This document shows positions 29,716-42,769 of a stretch of 64,000 nucleotides of DNA, piece after piece. Made by a program: the position numbers and the translations under genes. The stretch is from Eledone cirrhosa. Taxonomy: Eukaryota. How positions within the stretch are numbered: the stretch's first letter is position 1; each line of letters opens with the position of its first letter. The notes below the pieces were generated by a model that had not been told where the DNA came from, did not search any database, and saw nothing but the letters and a program-made list of their open reading frames with translations. Where the stretch lies: contig OZ024743.1 in NCBI GenBank assembly GCA_964016885.1, positions 302,994,001-303,058,000 on the forward strand, in the 5' to 3' direction.

Positions 29716-30216
29716 TTTTAATAACCTCTGTCATTTTCATTTACAATTTTATTCACATCACTCTTAAACTCCGGGGCTGGAAATCATTCGGTTATTTTAA
29801 ATAGAATATTAGTCTAACGACTCCATTTACACCACAATCTTGGTCTTCTCTTTGCATGAAATTGTTCTTATCACTCCACACAACGACGTATTATCCTCGC
29901 TTTTTTCCGTACATTACCAGAGAACGTCTTCCTGTTTTCCTTCGGTTGCAACGTTTCTCGAAATATTTAATTCTGCGACCACAGATAGAATTTATTAGTT
30001 TCAGAAGATCCCGTTAATGTTGAAAGCAGCGATTCTTTGCTTAAACTTTCTTTCTTTCTCAACCCATCTGCCTTTTTTCTCATACCCTCTCTCTCTCTCT
30101 CTCTATTTCTCTCTCTATCAATCATACCCCCTCTCTATCTCTTCCTCCTACAGAATGGAGAACAATAAATAAAGCGCAGATCTCTCTCTCTCTCACTCTT
30201 TATATATATATATGTT

Positions 30217-30288
<72 letters not shown>

Positions 30289-30539
30289 CCAGCGTTCGTC
30301 GCCATTCTCTCTCTGACTCTCTATCTGATTATCTTGTACCTCTCTCTGTATAACGACCTATCTCGCTCTCTCTCTCTCTACATCTCCATTTCTCTCTTTA
30401 GATGTATATGTATATGTGTGTGTGTGATATATATATAGAGAGAGAGTTGCAACATGTATGTAGTTTCATAGATTTTTGAGGGTTTAAACAGAGCATATAA
30501 ATAAATTTACAGTAGAATAACATAACAAATATATTTTAA

Positions 30540-31126
30540 ATATATACATAAACTACAATATTAAAGAAAATGCAAAACAAGGGGTGAACAAATGAGCCAA
30601 CACCAGAGCAAAGGTCAGCAACGTCGCGCGTACTGGGCAACCTCTCTAATTTTGAGGCAAGCCAGCACACTCGCAGCGTTGCCTCGGGTAATGACGAGGC
30701 TAATGCGCTGAAATATTGTTTTAATGGAAATGAAGCAAAATGGAAGCTTATTGTTGAAACTTCCAACTCATGAATTTTGCAGGTTAACACTGTGCTGGCC
30801 CGAAAACTGTTCGCGTATTTTTGTACCTTTGCACGTTTATTCGTAACGTAAATAGATAAAGAAATGACGCCATAAAAGGGAAATAACACGTCTCTCATCT
30901 CTATTTATACATTTTAACTGAAAAATCAATATATTGCAAACTCGATTTTTGCACTTGGCGTGTGTCGATTTGAAACATATGTTGACCGATGTCTCCGCCG
31001 GACCTTCATCTATAAGTGTAGCAATTTTACCGAAATTTGAACTACGGTTTAACAGGAGATGTGTGCCGACCGTTTTAGTAGACAGACAGACAGATAGACA
31101 GACGACCTCAGTTTTATATATATAGA
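30540..31126 (-). mobile_element. Helitron-like 5' portion
   Basis: Minus strand starts A|TCTATATATATAAAA followed by (TCTG)n. The left boundary is uncertain. Confidence 0.6.
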
Positions 31127-31150
31127 TTGACCAGTGGTTAAAAATACAGG

Positions 31151-31185
<35 letters not shown>

Positions 31186-31406
31186 CCTATCAAAGGTCTT
31201 TCATTGCACACATGCCACATAATCGGTGGTACTATTATGTTTCCTCCTATTGTATTGTATGTCTGCGCCATTTTTATTTTAATTAATATATTTATTTATT
31301 TATTCATATTTCCCTTATGTCTGCTTTTTTTTAAAGTATGCGTTTTTGTATTCTACCTTTGTTCCCTAGTGTGTCTTTATATGTGTTTGTTGACATTGTA
31401 CTTGTG

Positions 31407-31470
<64 letters not shown>

Positions 31471-31727
31471 AGATAAATTAACGGAGCCATATACTCTCGT
31501 TTTTCCCTGTAAATTATGTGCTAGAAGGAAAAGGAACCATGAGCTCTTCAAAATACAAAATGTCGAAAGGGTAACACACTAGAGAGAGAGAGAGATAGAG
31601 CGAGTGCCATCAATAAAACAGCGAAATGACCAGTGTATGTAATATATAACCTATGGAAGGCAGGGTAGGCACACAATAACTAAAAATATAAATTAAAATG
31701 TGCATAGGCACCTCTATAACTATATAA

Positions 31728-31812
31728 CACACACGTACAAATCCAAAGAGATCTGTTTCTCCGAGAAATTATTGACTGACATGGAAGCGCCTATGATTCA
31801 TCAGCGTGTGTA
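31728..31812 (-). ncRNA. Type I hammerhead with full stem III
   Basis: TACACACG-CTGATGA-..-GAAA-CAGATC-TCTTTG-GATTTG-TA-CGTGTGTG. Confidence 0.75.
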
Positions 31813-32193
31813 AGGCAAATACATTCCAGAAAACTCTAAGAAAATATAATATAACCGTCCTGCAACACGCGGCAGATATTTGTGACAGCGTGCATAGGAC
31901 AGTGAACCATTGGTATCTGAGTGGCGAGCTGCTAGATATGGCAGCCCAAAAGCACTCAAAGAGATGTGTTCAACCAAACAGAGAGAGAATGAGGGTAAAG
32001 ACTGTTATAAGGAGGGAAATATCAAGATAAATTAACGGAACCATAGACACTCGTTATTCCCTGTAAATTATGTGCTCAAAGGAAAAGGAATCCTGAGATC
32101 TTTAACATACAATATGTAAAAAGGGTAACACACTCGCGTGTTGCAGGGCGGTTATATTATATTTTCTTAGAGTTGTCTGGAATGGATTTGCCT

Positions 32194-32278
32194 TACACAC
32201 GCTGATGACACATGGGCGCTTCCATTTCAGTGAATAAGTTATTGGCGAAACAGATCTCTTTGGATTTGTACGTGTGTG
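32194..32278 (+). ncRNA. Type I hammerhead with full stem III (inverted partner)
   Basis: Same stems I and III and core as 31728-31812. The stem II region is diverged. Confidence 0.75.
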
Positions 32279-32452
32279 TTATATTGTTATAGAGGTGCGT
32301 ATGCGCATTTTAATTTATACTTTTAATTATTGTGTGTCTACCCTGCCTTCCATAGGTTATAGATTCCATAAACTGGTGGTTTCCCTGTTTTATTGATGGC
32401 ACACGCTCTATCTCTCTCTATAATGTGTCACCCTTTCTACATAAAGTATTAT

Positions 32453-32514
<62 letters not shown>

Positions 32515-32614
32515 ATGATCAAGACCCTGACGGCAGAGCTCAAGCCGTTTCGACAGCTATTTCTGGAGTTTTAGTGCGTTATGGTCCATATGGGTCCTTA
32601 CCACACTTCCCTTG

Positions 32615-32707
<93 letters not shown>

Positions 32708-32715
32708 TGTGTGTG

Positions 32716-32759
<44 letters not shown>

Positions 32760-34846
32760 TATGTGTGCATATATGTGTAGATACATATAATTATATTTTT
32801 ATCACCTGAGCATAATCTGTGCGTTCATTCACCGTAATATATTATGATCACTAAACGCTCCCTTGTAAATATTGTAGGAAATCCAAATGTTATAAATAGG
32901 TTATTAGTAACATCCACTAATATTATTTTTCTATCTATTTATGTAACATGTTTTTTTGTTTTGTTTTTAACATAGCATTTGCACCACTTTATGTCTTAAT
33001 GTTTTGTTAGCATATGCGAAACTTTTTATAATGTTTGTATGATGGAAGAGTTTAAGTCAGGAAGTTTACAACATACAAACACATTTCTATATAATATTCG
33101 CTACTTTAAGTTGTTTCTTCGGTTTGCAGGTGTGTATTTTAAGCTTGGTGAGAATATGCGTCATTCTATTGTCTTCTAACCCATTGTAACTATTAGGTTA
33201 TGATTAAATATTATGCATGTGTTAGGAGATTGTTAGCGTTTTCTGTCTACAGAATGATAAAGATTTTGTGTATCTAATGTTAGCAAAAACTAGGAAAACA
33301 ACACGGAAACAATTCAATGTTGAAATATTAGTTTAACGCTTGGTGCAATAGTAAAATAGTCTTAACAATTCTGAGTTTAGTTTCTCAACAAAATATTACA
33401 ATAGAGAAGAAGAAACCGAAAGAGAGACGAGGGTCAAAAAAGGAAAAGAACGGGAAAAGTTAGACAGGAAATAGGCACGTTTGTTTCATATTCAGACATT
33501 ATGAAAATGGAAATACTCCTAACTAGATTTGCGTATTGAAACATTATCCAAGAGGAGATAACTATTAAGGAGAGAAAAGAAAATGTGTGTGATTGTATGA
33601 AGGACGTGGTTTGCATCAGATTGTGACTGTACTTGAAGTGTTATTGTCTACGTGCAAGCGTTGTGAGTTGGCTGGGTGACATGCTAGTTGTGTGAGTTTT
33701 GTAAGTGTGTGTGTGTGTGTGTGTGTGTGTGCACATGCTCATATATAATATCGATCAGCATTATACACGTACTTATACGTAAACATGTAAGCGCTCCCGC
33801 GGGTAGAAGCGCTTTTCGTCTGGTACAGAAAGAGAACGTCAGTGCAAATGCATTCAAGGTTTTTTTTAAATATCGTTTTCCGTTCTATTCTGGCCATTAT
33901 ATCTGCTGTTAATTATTTATTTATTTTCTCCGTAAGAGTTTCTGCGGGAGTGCAGACATATAAAGTGGTCTATGTACTTATTTATTGACATTTTGCCAAA
34001 TTGACGAAAGTACAGCGTGGCAATCATATAGAGTTTAGTATGACGTGAATATTGTGAAAAAAAAAAAAGTATATCTAATCATATAATGTGCGATAAGAGA
34101 AAAACAACACAAGATAGACTACGTTAAAATTAGAGTATATATTCGTATATTCGTGTGTATGAGGCACTTTTGTCCCAATTTATGCATAAGTGTCCATCAT
34201 TTAATCTTTTGTTCGATCTTTTATTCATGAAATACAAATACAATAAACTTAATTTTAGACTAATCTATTCACAAATTGTTTTATTGATGAATTAAAATCG
34301 ACAATTTAGAAACATATGCAATAAAAGTGCAATGTATCGATCACGCTATCTTTCATTTTATAATTTTTTTACTGAATTCGAATACATTTCGAATCGGTAG
34401 GAAATATTGCAAACTTCATGTTTTGTGGCCTAACAGCTCTCTTGTTAATGGGGTTCTTATCTAAGAAACGTTCTTTAACCGTGACAAGCACCGACTATAT
34501 ATTTACTTATAAAATCATTTCACATGTATAAAATAAATATGTGAATATAGAAGTCACGTAAAACGAAAACACAATTGTGTAAGTCGTTTACACTTATTTT
34601 GTCCATTTCATTTGAACCTTATCCATATAAAACATTTCATATACATCAAAACGAAAGTTTAACCAAGGACTGTTATTGTATCATTTAAAGAATTAATGAA
34701 CATTTTCGTGTAAACATAAATCAGGAGAATTAATCAATCACCCATAAATAAATATCTTACATGATTTAAAGTCCCAGTGACAGAAAAGCGAAGTACAATA
34801 GCATTCAAATATTGTAGGGAAAAAGAGAATTCATGGAAGCCTAAGG

Positions 34847-34889
34847 ACGATGTACTAGTTTCAAGCTTATTAGCTATCGTCAGCATCGT
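34847..34889 (-). ncRNA. Minimal type I hammerhead, intact
   Basis: ACGATG-CTGACGA-TAGC-TAATAA-GCTT-GAAA-CTAG-TA-CATCGT. Confidence 0.85.
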
Positions 34890-35005
34890 ATACCTTCCTG
34901 CCAGATCGTTAAACTCACTGGATATGCAAATTAGGCTGCTCAGCCGTTAATATGCATACAGAAAGTATATACTTTCAGACGTTCAACCATCTGCCGGGAA
35001 GGTAT

Positions 35006-35048
35006 ACGATGCTGAAGATAGCAAATAAGCTTGAAATTAGTACATGGT
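35006..35048 (+). ncRNA. Minimal type I hammerhead, inverted partner, slightly decayed
   Basis: ACGATG-CTGAAGA-TAGC-AAATAA-GCTT-GAAA-TTAG-TA-CATGGT. Confidence 0.7.
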
Positions 35049-35323
35049 TCCTTTGTCAGTGTTGAAGAAAATGGTGACGTGGTTGCCTAAAAATCGTACG
35101 GCGTAATTCGGGCTGTTTTTTTGTTTACAAAGAAACCGAGCATTATAATAAATGTTCGGTAAACCGATACGTGCATATATATATGTGTGCATGTATGTAT
35201 ATATATATACATACTACTGTACGTCTGTATACATATATGTATGTACGTATACATACATAATACTTACATTTAAGTAACTGCCGTACTAAGGGTGAGAAAT
35301 AAAATTTCGTTTAATTCTATTCC

Positions 35324-35463
<140 letters not shown>

Positions 35464-35735
35464 GTTTGTCTGTGTGTATTTGTCTGTGTATACATATATA
35501 TATGTGATGGTGTTGCGTGCGTGTATGCATGTGATATACACATTCGTAATGACAGACAGTATATATATATACATATATACATAAAAAATGGAATCGAGCC
35601 GTCTTGAAAAGCAGCGCGGGTTCCTATTGTAGACATTTTGAGTAACAATAGTTTTTCATCTGTAGTTTATAGATTATATATTTTAAGCTATAAACAATAA
35701 TTTGTCCAGTAAGCACATTTAGTAACTCCCCCCCC

Positions 35736-35772
<37 letters not shown>

Positions 35773-35820
35773 TATACTGTATATACAAGTATATGTGTGT
35801 GTGTATCTGTCTGTGTGTGC

Positions 35821-35878
<58 letters not shown>

Positions 35879-36379
35879 GTGTGCGCGTGTGTGTGTGCGT
35901 GTATGTATGTGTCTGCATCCGTGTGTAAGTCTGTGCTTTTGTTTGAGGTCGATTGTGCAAGGAAAGAACATTTCATTTGTCAATATCGATCATGAAAATA
36001 GTCTAGGTAAATTAATTTATAGTGAAACAGAATTAACCTTTTACAAATGCCCACGTATGAATTGACAGTTATCTTAATTAAAATTATTGTTAGTAATAAT
36101 GATATATTGTTATCATTTACAGTTTTATTAATCTGTTTAATAGAAGATGCTGCTGCAGGCATTAACATCAATATTAAAAATGTAACAAATATAATAATAA
36201 CTGAATAAAATAAAAACAATAAGGATGATGGTAATTCTGATAATATACTTTATTGGTCACATGCAGTTTATACGCGTTGAACAGTATATAGGCGAAATAG
36301 AAACAACAAAAACGTAGTACTATTTACGTTACATATGGGAAAGTGTTCAATCTCGTCCTATAGTGTGATCTCTATATGT

Positions 36380-36605
36380 TCTTTGGTCAAGGTGACGAGC
36401 TCTGGAAATACGTTTCTCACAAATGAAGGCACCCACGTTGGACTTTGCTCTCGTTAACATCATCATCAGAGTTTTTGAGATTAGACTGCATGTGTGTTAG
36501 ATTTTTTAGAGCCTATCCAAGCCACCAACGGATGCATATTTGCATTAGTGGAATTTCTGGCAAGTGGCAAGCACACAGACTTTCTGCGATTGATTCAAAC
36601 TCCTA
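36380..36605 (-). pseudogene. Old fragment of a Tx1/L1-like ORF2
   Basis: Minus strand FVRNVFPELVTLT resembles FARHVFPQLVSLT near 51620-51660. Confidence 0.4.
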
Positions 36606-37139
36606 TTTCTGAAATATCGGCTCTAATATGTTGATGTCCTCTGCTCTCTCAGAACCGATTTCCTCCGATTTATTTAAAATAGAATCCTGTAAACATTTCT
36701 ATTTTCGGTAGCAAAATCTACAAACCGAACATCTAGTGCAAAGGTGAGGAAGGACATGCTTGAGGGACCGCTTATTGACCGTCTAATTTGACCGTCAAAA
36801 AGATGACGCTGTAGAATGTAGCGCTACAGTTTCTAAAAACAAGGCCCGCTGTTGTTTTTAAAAATAAGGGTGTTTCAGATCACTCTGTTTCGCATGGTTT
36901 TGTTTCATGTTTGAAATTGATGTTTTCGGCGATTCACAAACGATTCCTAATGAGAATTGAATGTCGTGATGAGTAAATGTTTATGATTATTATCTAGCAG
37001 ATTTAAATAGTTAATAATTTATTATCTTATTTGGACGTACTATATCATTGACAGGATAAATAGTGTAACCATGACTATAATATTCGTAAAACTATACGCA
37101 ACATCTCTATATACATGCAAATGTGTGTATATATATATT

Positions 37140-37343
37140 ATTCCGGGTACAATCGGGGGTAACCACAGGAAGTAAGGTACTCAATACATAGCAGAGTATA
37201 AATGTTTAATATAGAAAAGCTTCTACAGGACTAGAACTGTTTCATTCGTGAGAAATCATCAGAATTATGGTGGTATTTATATATTTTCTAGTGGAAGGAT
37301 AGGGTGGGGATTGGGATGGGTGTAGGTCATTGGTTGATGGGTT
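37140..37343 (-). mobile_element. PLE pseudo-LTR 3' end, interrupted by Gypsy and resuming at 42774 to about 43260
   Basis: Matches 11740-11863. HHR-like core CTGATGA-TTTCTCACGAAT-GAAA at 37240-37262. Confidence 0.65.
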
Positions 37344-37876
37344 TGTACAGCCACCGTAAATAACATCTGTGAAATATACAGCGCCATCTACCTATTAGCT
37401 AGCTACCCAACGTGAAACAAAAGAACCCTTAAAAGCTACCAGAATAAACGCCTACACAGCGGCTAAACATCAAATGATTATTTCTGTATAAATAGAGTGG
37501 TTCCAAACACTTCGTCAGTCGACATTTGGCAGAGTCAACTCGCGTATCGTTGTTCCTCGCCTCTGCCACGCTTTGTCACTCACACACGCCTTGCAGCTCG
37601 TATCGTCGCTTCATGTGAAAATAAATAGCTGATCGAAATTACATCTCCCGCCTTGCTACGTCTTTTCAACTTGTGCTTTCGTCTGTTCATCCTTACCGTA
37701 TGTGACAATAGTTCTTTTAAGGGCTATCTTCAGATACGATCAGACCGTATGCGATAACAGTCCTTTTAAGGGCTATCTTCAGACCTGATCAGACCGTATG
37801 CGATAACTGTCCTTCTAAGGGCTATTCTCAGATCTGATCAGAAGTAGTGACCAGACTGACTAACCACGTCGCTACA
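37344..37876 (+). repeat. 5' LTR (533 bp)
   Basis: Direct repeat of 42238-42769. TATAAATA at 37487, TCAGT at 37515, AATAAA at 37620. Confidence 0.95.
37695..37841 (+). repeat. 3 x 49-bp tandem repeat in the LTR 3' portion (also in the 3' LTR)
   Basis: ACCGTATG units start at 37695, 37744 and 37793. Confidence 0.9.
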
Positions 37877-37878
37877 AT

Positions 37879-37894
37879 TGGTGACCCTACGTGA
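37879..37894 (+). promoter_or_regulatory. Primer binding site, tRNA-Trp-like
   Basis: TGGTGACCCTACGTGA, 2 nt after the LTR. Near-complement of the tRNA-Trp 3' end (recalled as TGGTGACCCCGACGTGA). Confidence 0.8.
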
Positions 37895-37934
37895 GTCGAA
37901 CGCGCAACCAGACAGCACCTAAGAAGATACCAAC

Positions 37935-38774
37935 ATGGACATGTCCCAACCAACGACAGAGGCCGAAATTTTAGAGCTGCGGGCTATGATCAGAGAGCGG
38001 GCTGGTCAAATTAAAGCCCTCTCGAATCAAGTAGAGAACTCGACCTTTCAAACACACCGGCGACGGAGCAACAATCGATCCAGGCCTTTTTACAATCGAA
38101 GATCCAGTAGTCCCAGTCAAAATCGTGTGCCTGGCAACCTCTGCTGGTATCACACACAATTTGGCGCACAGGCATCTAAGTGCAAAGCCCCGTGCACTTT
38201 CCGGAATACCACCCAGGGCCTAGCGACGACGTTCACCCCTGGTACTGAAAAGAAAAGTCGTCTATCTTTTATTAACGACCAGGCGACAGGCATCCGTTAC
38301 CTCGTGGATACAGAAACTCAGGTTAGTGTTATTCCTGTTTTACTAATCTCGGGCAATATACACCCAACCCCATCCTTTCTGCAGGCAATGAACCGTTCGT
38401 CAATTCCGACTTTCGGGGAAAAATCACTGACCCTCAATTTAGGCCTGAGGCGGCGTTATCAATGGGTGTTCGTCGTGGCAGACCTGCCGACCCCTATCCT
38501 AGGAGCCGATTTTCTCCACCACTTCAACCTTCTGGTGGATATGAAGAACCGGAGGCTTATCGACACGACCACAAACCTCACTGTGAGAGGTATATTTACC
38601 ACGCAATCCACAGTGAGCCCTGTAATTTACCAGTCAGAGTCTTCGCGGTACAACGGCATTTTCCAGAAATACCCAGTCATCACTAGCCCGGTATTTAAAG
38701 ATGGTCCCATTAAGTATAGTGTCACGGACCACATCGAGACAAGGGTACCACCCACAGCTGCCCGACCAAGGTGA
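37935..38774 (+). pseudogene. gag: Short Gag C-terminus plus aspartic protease
   Basis: CWYHTQFGAQASKCKAPC (Cx2Hx9Cx3C), LVDTETQVSV (DTG changed to DTE), ILGADFL. Ends at a premature stop. Confidence 0.9.
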
Positions 38775-41323
38775 CTGCCTCCTGACCGATTGAGAATCGC
38801 CAAGTAGGAGTTCCAACACATGCTGGACCTCGGAGTCATTCGCCCTTCCTTCAGCAACTGGTCTGAACCGCTAGATCTTGTTCCTAAAAAAAACGAGAAT
38901 GATTGGCGACCATGTGGGGATTATCGTGCACTTAACAATTATACAGTGCCCGATAATTACCCTATATCTCACATGCAAGATTCTTCTGCCCCTCTGCAAG
39001 GCGCACGCATCTTTTCCAATATAGATTTGGTGCGTGCATACAACCAGATACCTATGGAGCCTGCAGATATTCCAAGACTGCAATCTCAACGCCGTTCGGT
39101 TTATTCAAATTCCTGCGAATGCCGTTCGGTCTGCGCAACGCTGCACAAACTTTTCAGCGGTTTATTGACACCGTGTTACGCGATCTACCCTTCCTATACG
39201 CGTATATTGACGACGTGCTGGTAGCAAGTACTTCCGAGCAGGAACAGGAGAAGCACTTCGATATTCTTTTCCAACGTTTGGCTGAGTACGGTATCATCAT
39301 CAACCCCAGCAAGTGCCTTCGCGGCGTTCCTTCACTGTCCTTTCTCGGGCATATCATCGATAAAGACGGCATTCGTCCAGTTTCCCGAGAAAGTAGTAGC
39401 TATCCGCAGTTTTCCCGCACCTACATCACTTCGGAAACTGCGTGAATTCCTCGGTCTGGTGAATTTTTATAGGCGTTTTATCCCTCATTGTTCCGACGCA
39501 GCCAGACTCCTCACGGACCTTCTTCGTAACCGGACTCGCAAAAACGAAGACATCACATTAAACGAGGAAGAATTAACATCTTTTAACCGCCTGAAGGAAA
39601 TGTTGGCAAACGCTTCCATGTTCGTTTTCCCCAGGTCTGGCGCTCCACTTTCGCTGCTAATGGACGCATACATGTTGGAGGCGTTTTACAACAACATGCC
39701 GACGGCGTGAGGCAACCCTTATACTTCTTTTCTAAGCGGTTGCAACTGGCAGAAACGAAATACAGTACTTTTGGCCGCGAACTCTTGGCAACCTATCTTT
39801 CGGTTAAGCATTTTCTGCACATGCTCGAAGGATCAGATTTCGTGATCTACACGGACCATAAACCACTAGTTTATGCGTTCCGTACCAAACCTAATCAACA
39901 GTCACCGAGAGAACTCCGACACCTGGATTTTGTCTCCCAATATTCAACTGATATTCGGCATATCAAGGGAACATACAACGTAGCAGTCTCGCCCTGTCCC
40001 GAATCCAGCTGAACGCAATACATGTGCATTCAGGCATCGACCTTCAACAGATCGCAGCTGACCAAGAGACTGACGAAAAGTTTATCAAGCTCTGAGATTC
40101 GCCATCCCTCAAGTTTCAGCAAGTTCCCATTCCTTCTTCTCCGTGACAAATTTGGTGCGACTTTTATACCGGTCATGAACGACCTTACGTACTACAGATG
40201 CATCGTTGACAAATTTTTTCTTCTTTACACTGCTTGTCTCACCCGGGAATCCGGGCTACACAGACAATCATATCTGCTCGTTTTGTCTGGACTAACATTA
40301 ACAAGGACGTGCGCGACTGGTCCAGGAGCTGCATTGCCTGCCATAAAGCCAAAGTCCACAGACACATCAAAACTCCACTCGGCACATTCGCGCAACCTGA
40401 TGCACGTTTTCATCATGTGCATATCGACATCGTCGTACCTCTAACACCATCACAGAACTATACACACTTGCTCACTTGCATAGATCGATATTCTCGTTGG
40501 CCTGAGGCTTTTGCCATAAATGATATCTCAGCGGCAACAGTCGCTAAAACTTTGGTTTTACACTGGGTATCACGTCATGGCGCCCCAGCGAAGATAACAA
40601 CGGACAGAGGACGCCAATTTGACTCCCACCTCTTCAGGGAACTGACTCGCCTGTTAGGATGTAAACACATCCGCACGACAGCTTATCACCCACAAGCTAA
40701 TGGTCTCGTGGAAAGATTCCATCGACAATTGAAAGCTGCAATAAAAGCATATCCAGACAAGATCCACTGGTTTGAATACCTCCCACTCATCCTTCTGGGC
40801 ATTCGATCCAACGTTAAGGAGGAATTCGGACACACACATGCAGAATTATTGTACGGCACCACCCTGGTTCTACCTGGTCAGATGGTTGCTCCCATCTCTC
40901 TTCAGGGGTGTTCCAGACCCAGGATCATACGTACACCGTCTTCGACAATATATGTCTCACCTTGCTCCTGCAAGCACCCGTCAACAGAACACGGCCACAC
41001 AAGTACCTTCAGACATTAAAGATTGGACACACGTTTTCGTTCGAAACGACACCATCTCAGCTCATCTTCGACCTCCATATTCTGGCCCTTATCGTGTTCT
41101 AAAAGAATATCCGAAATATTTCATTCTCGATCTAGATGGTAAACAGAATTCTGTCAGCGTGGACAGATTAAAAAAAGCCATCATGGATACTGTTACAGTC
41201 TCTAAACCAGAAACTCCAACAGATTGCTGTCCCAGCGAGCCACCTGTTTCAACTCCAGTCACGAGAAGTGGACGACGCGTTCATTGGCCCGCCAAGTTGG
41301 CACAATATGTGAATTACCGTTAA
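38775..41323 (+). pseudogene. pol: Pol: RT, RNase H and integrase, with stops and frameshifts
   Basis: [78 protein letters not shown]. Confidence 0.95.
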
Positions 41324-42224
41324 CCTCAAGTGAGTTTCTTAATCATTCTTCGTGCAAAACATTTCCATTTTTCTTGTGTTTACTATTTCCAGTTTCAAAT
41401 ACAATGAACTTTCTGCTTGAACAATTGCAATTGTTAGTGACCATGTGCTCATGTCACGAAGAACATTATTTATTACAAACACTATTTAAGAACAAACATT
41501 GTGTATAGCATTGTGTATAACATTGTTTTACTTCTCTCTCTTGTTTTGTAATCTTTTTTTATTTGTCTTGTTCTGTAACATTGTGTAATTGCCATAATTT
41601 GTTTATACATACAAGGCGTGTACATATTCTGTTTTTCATGCACACTACAAAACCCCGTTTGTTTCACATTTTAGTTCATACACTGAGCAATAGATATGTG
41701 TGTCCCTCTAACTCTTACACTACAAAATGTTTTCTTTTTGATCATGCATTTCACAAATCGCATCCTCAAAACACTGGCCTTCTTTTTCAACGTACACATT
41801 CACTCAATAGCTCGAGAAGGCCTCGCTATTTTTTTTACCACATGCATTCGCTCAAGTAATATGCTGTGGAGCAAACTGTTACTTTTAGGCAGCATGCTTA
41901 CGGCCATTCAGTTCACATATTACGGTTATCTTCACTGCCCAGTTAGACTTTTTGTCACGCAATTCACAGACAGTTCAACCCAAATTGCAACAGGCTCATT
42001 CATCACGCCTGCATAAATCTGGTCAAAGTCATTTTATAGTGTATTTCTTTTTTCTCTTCCTGAGACACACATCTTGCCATATCATCTCTACATGGACTCT
42101 GTCCTGTACTCGATGATCACAATATTTCCCAAAGTGCTGGACACTCCTGGGGCTATTGTCATGACAAATGCATCACTGGCACATTACTATACGATATTTC
42201 GCTCTTTTGTTGTACAAAAGATTT

Positions 42225-42237
42225 GGCAGGGGGCTAA
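42225..42237 (+). promoter_or_regulatory. Polypurine tract
   Basis: GGCAGGGGGCTAA immediately before the 3' LTR. Confidence 0.75.
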
Positions 42238-42769
42238 TGTACAGCCACCGGAAATAACATCTGTGAAATATACAGTGCCATCTACCTGTTAGCTAGCTAC
42301 CCAACGTGAAACAAAAGAACCCTTAGAAGCTACCACAATAAACGCCTACACAGCGGCTAAACATCAAACGATTATTTCTGTATAAATAGAGTGTTTCCAA
42401 ACACTTCGCTAGTCGACATCCGACAGAGTCAACCCGCGTATCGTTGTTCCTCGCCACTGCCACGCTTGTCACTCACACACGCCTTGTACCATGTATCGTC
42501 GCTTCATGTGAAAATAAATAGCTGATCGAAATTACATATCTCGCCTTGCTTCGTCTTTTCAACTTGTGCTTTCGTCTGTTCATCCTTACCGTATGTGACA
42601 ATAGTTCTTTTAAGGGCTATCTTCAGATACGGTCAGACCGTATGCGATAACAGTCCTTTTAAGGGCTATCTTCAGACCTGATCAGACCGTATGCAATAAC
42701 TGTCCTTCTAAGGGCTATTCTCAGATCTGATCAGAAGTAGTGACCAGACTGACTAACCACGTCGCTACA
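42238..42769 (+). repeat. 3' LTR (532 bp)
   Basis: Direct repeat of the 5' LTR, with about 24 differences counted by eye. Confidence 0.95.

Larger units (their letters stand above)
31466..32450. mobile_element. Non-coding PLE-like element: about 1.2 tandem units (554-bp period) plus an inverted copy
   Basis: Direct repeat 31466-31580 / 32020-32133, inverted repeat 31560-31870 / 32135-32445, (TA)n flanks, two HHRs. Confidence 0.75.
37344..42769 (+). mobile_element. Ty3/Gypsy LTR retrotransposon, CsRn1-like, decayed
   Basis: TGT...ACA LTRs, GGTT target duplication (37340-43, 42770-73), PR-RT-RH-IN order, CHCC gag motif, Trp PBS. Confidence 0.95.

Noticed and set aside
37695-37841. Hairpin repeats as a CRISPR-like array
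   Set aside because: The units are contiguous with no unique spacers, lie inside LTRs, and there are no cas genes.
41324-42224. env-like or antisense ORF between integrase and PPT
   Set aside because: Only short ORFs without recognisable motifs on either strand.
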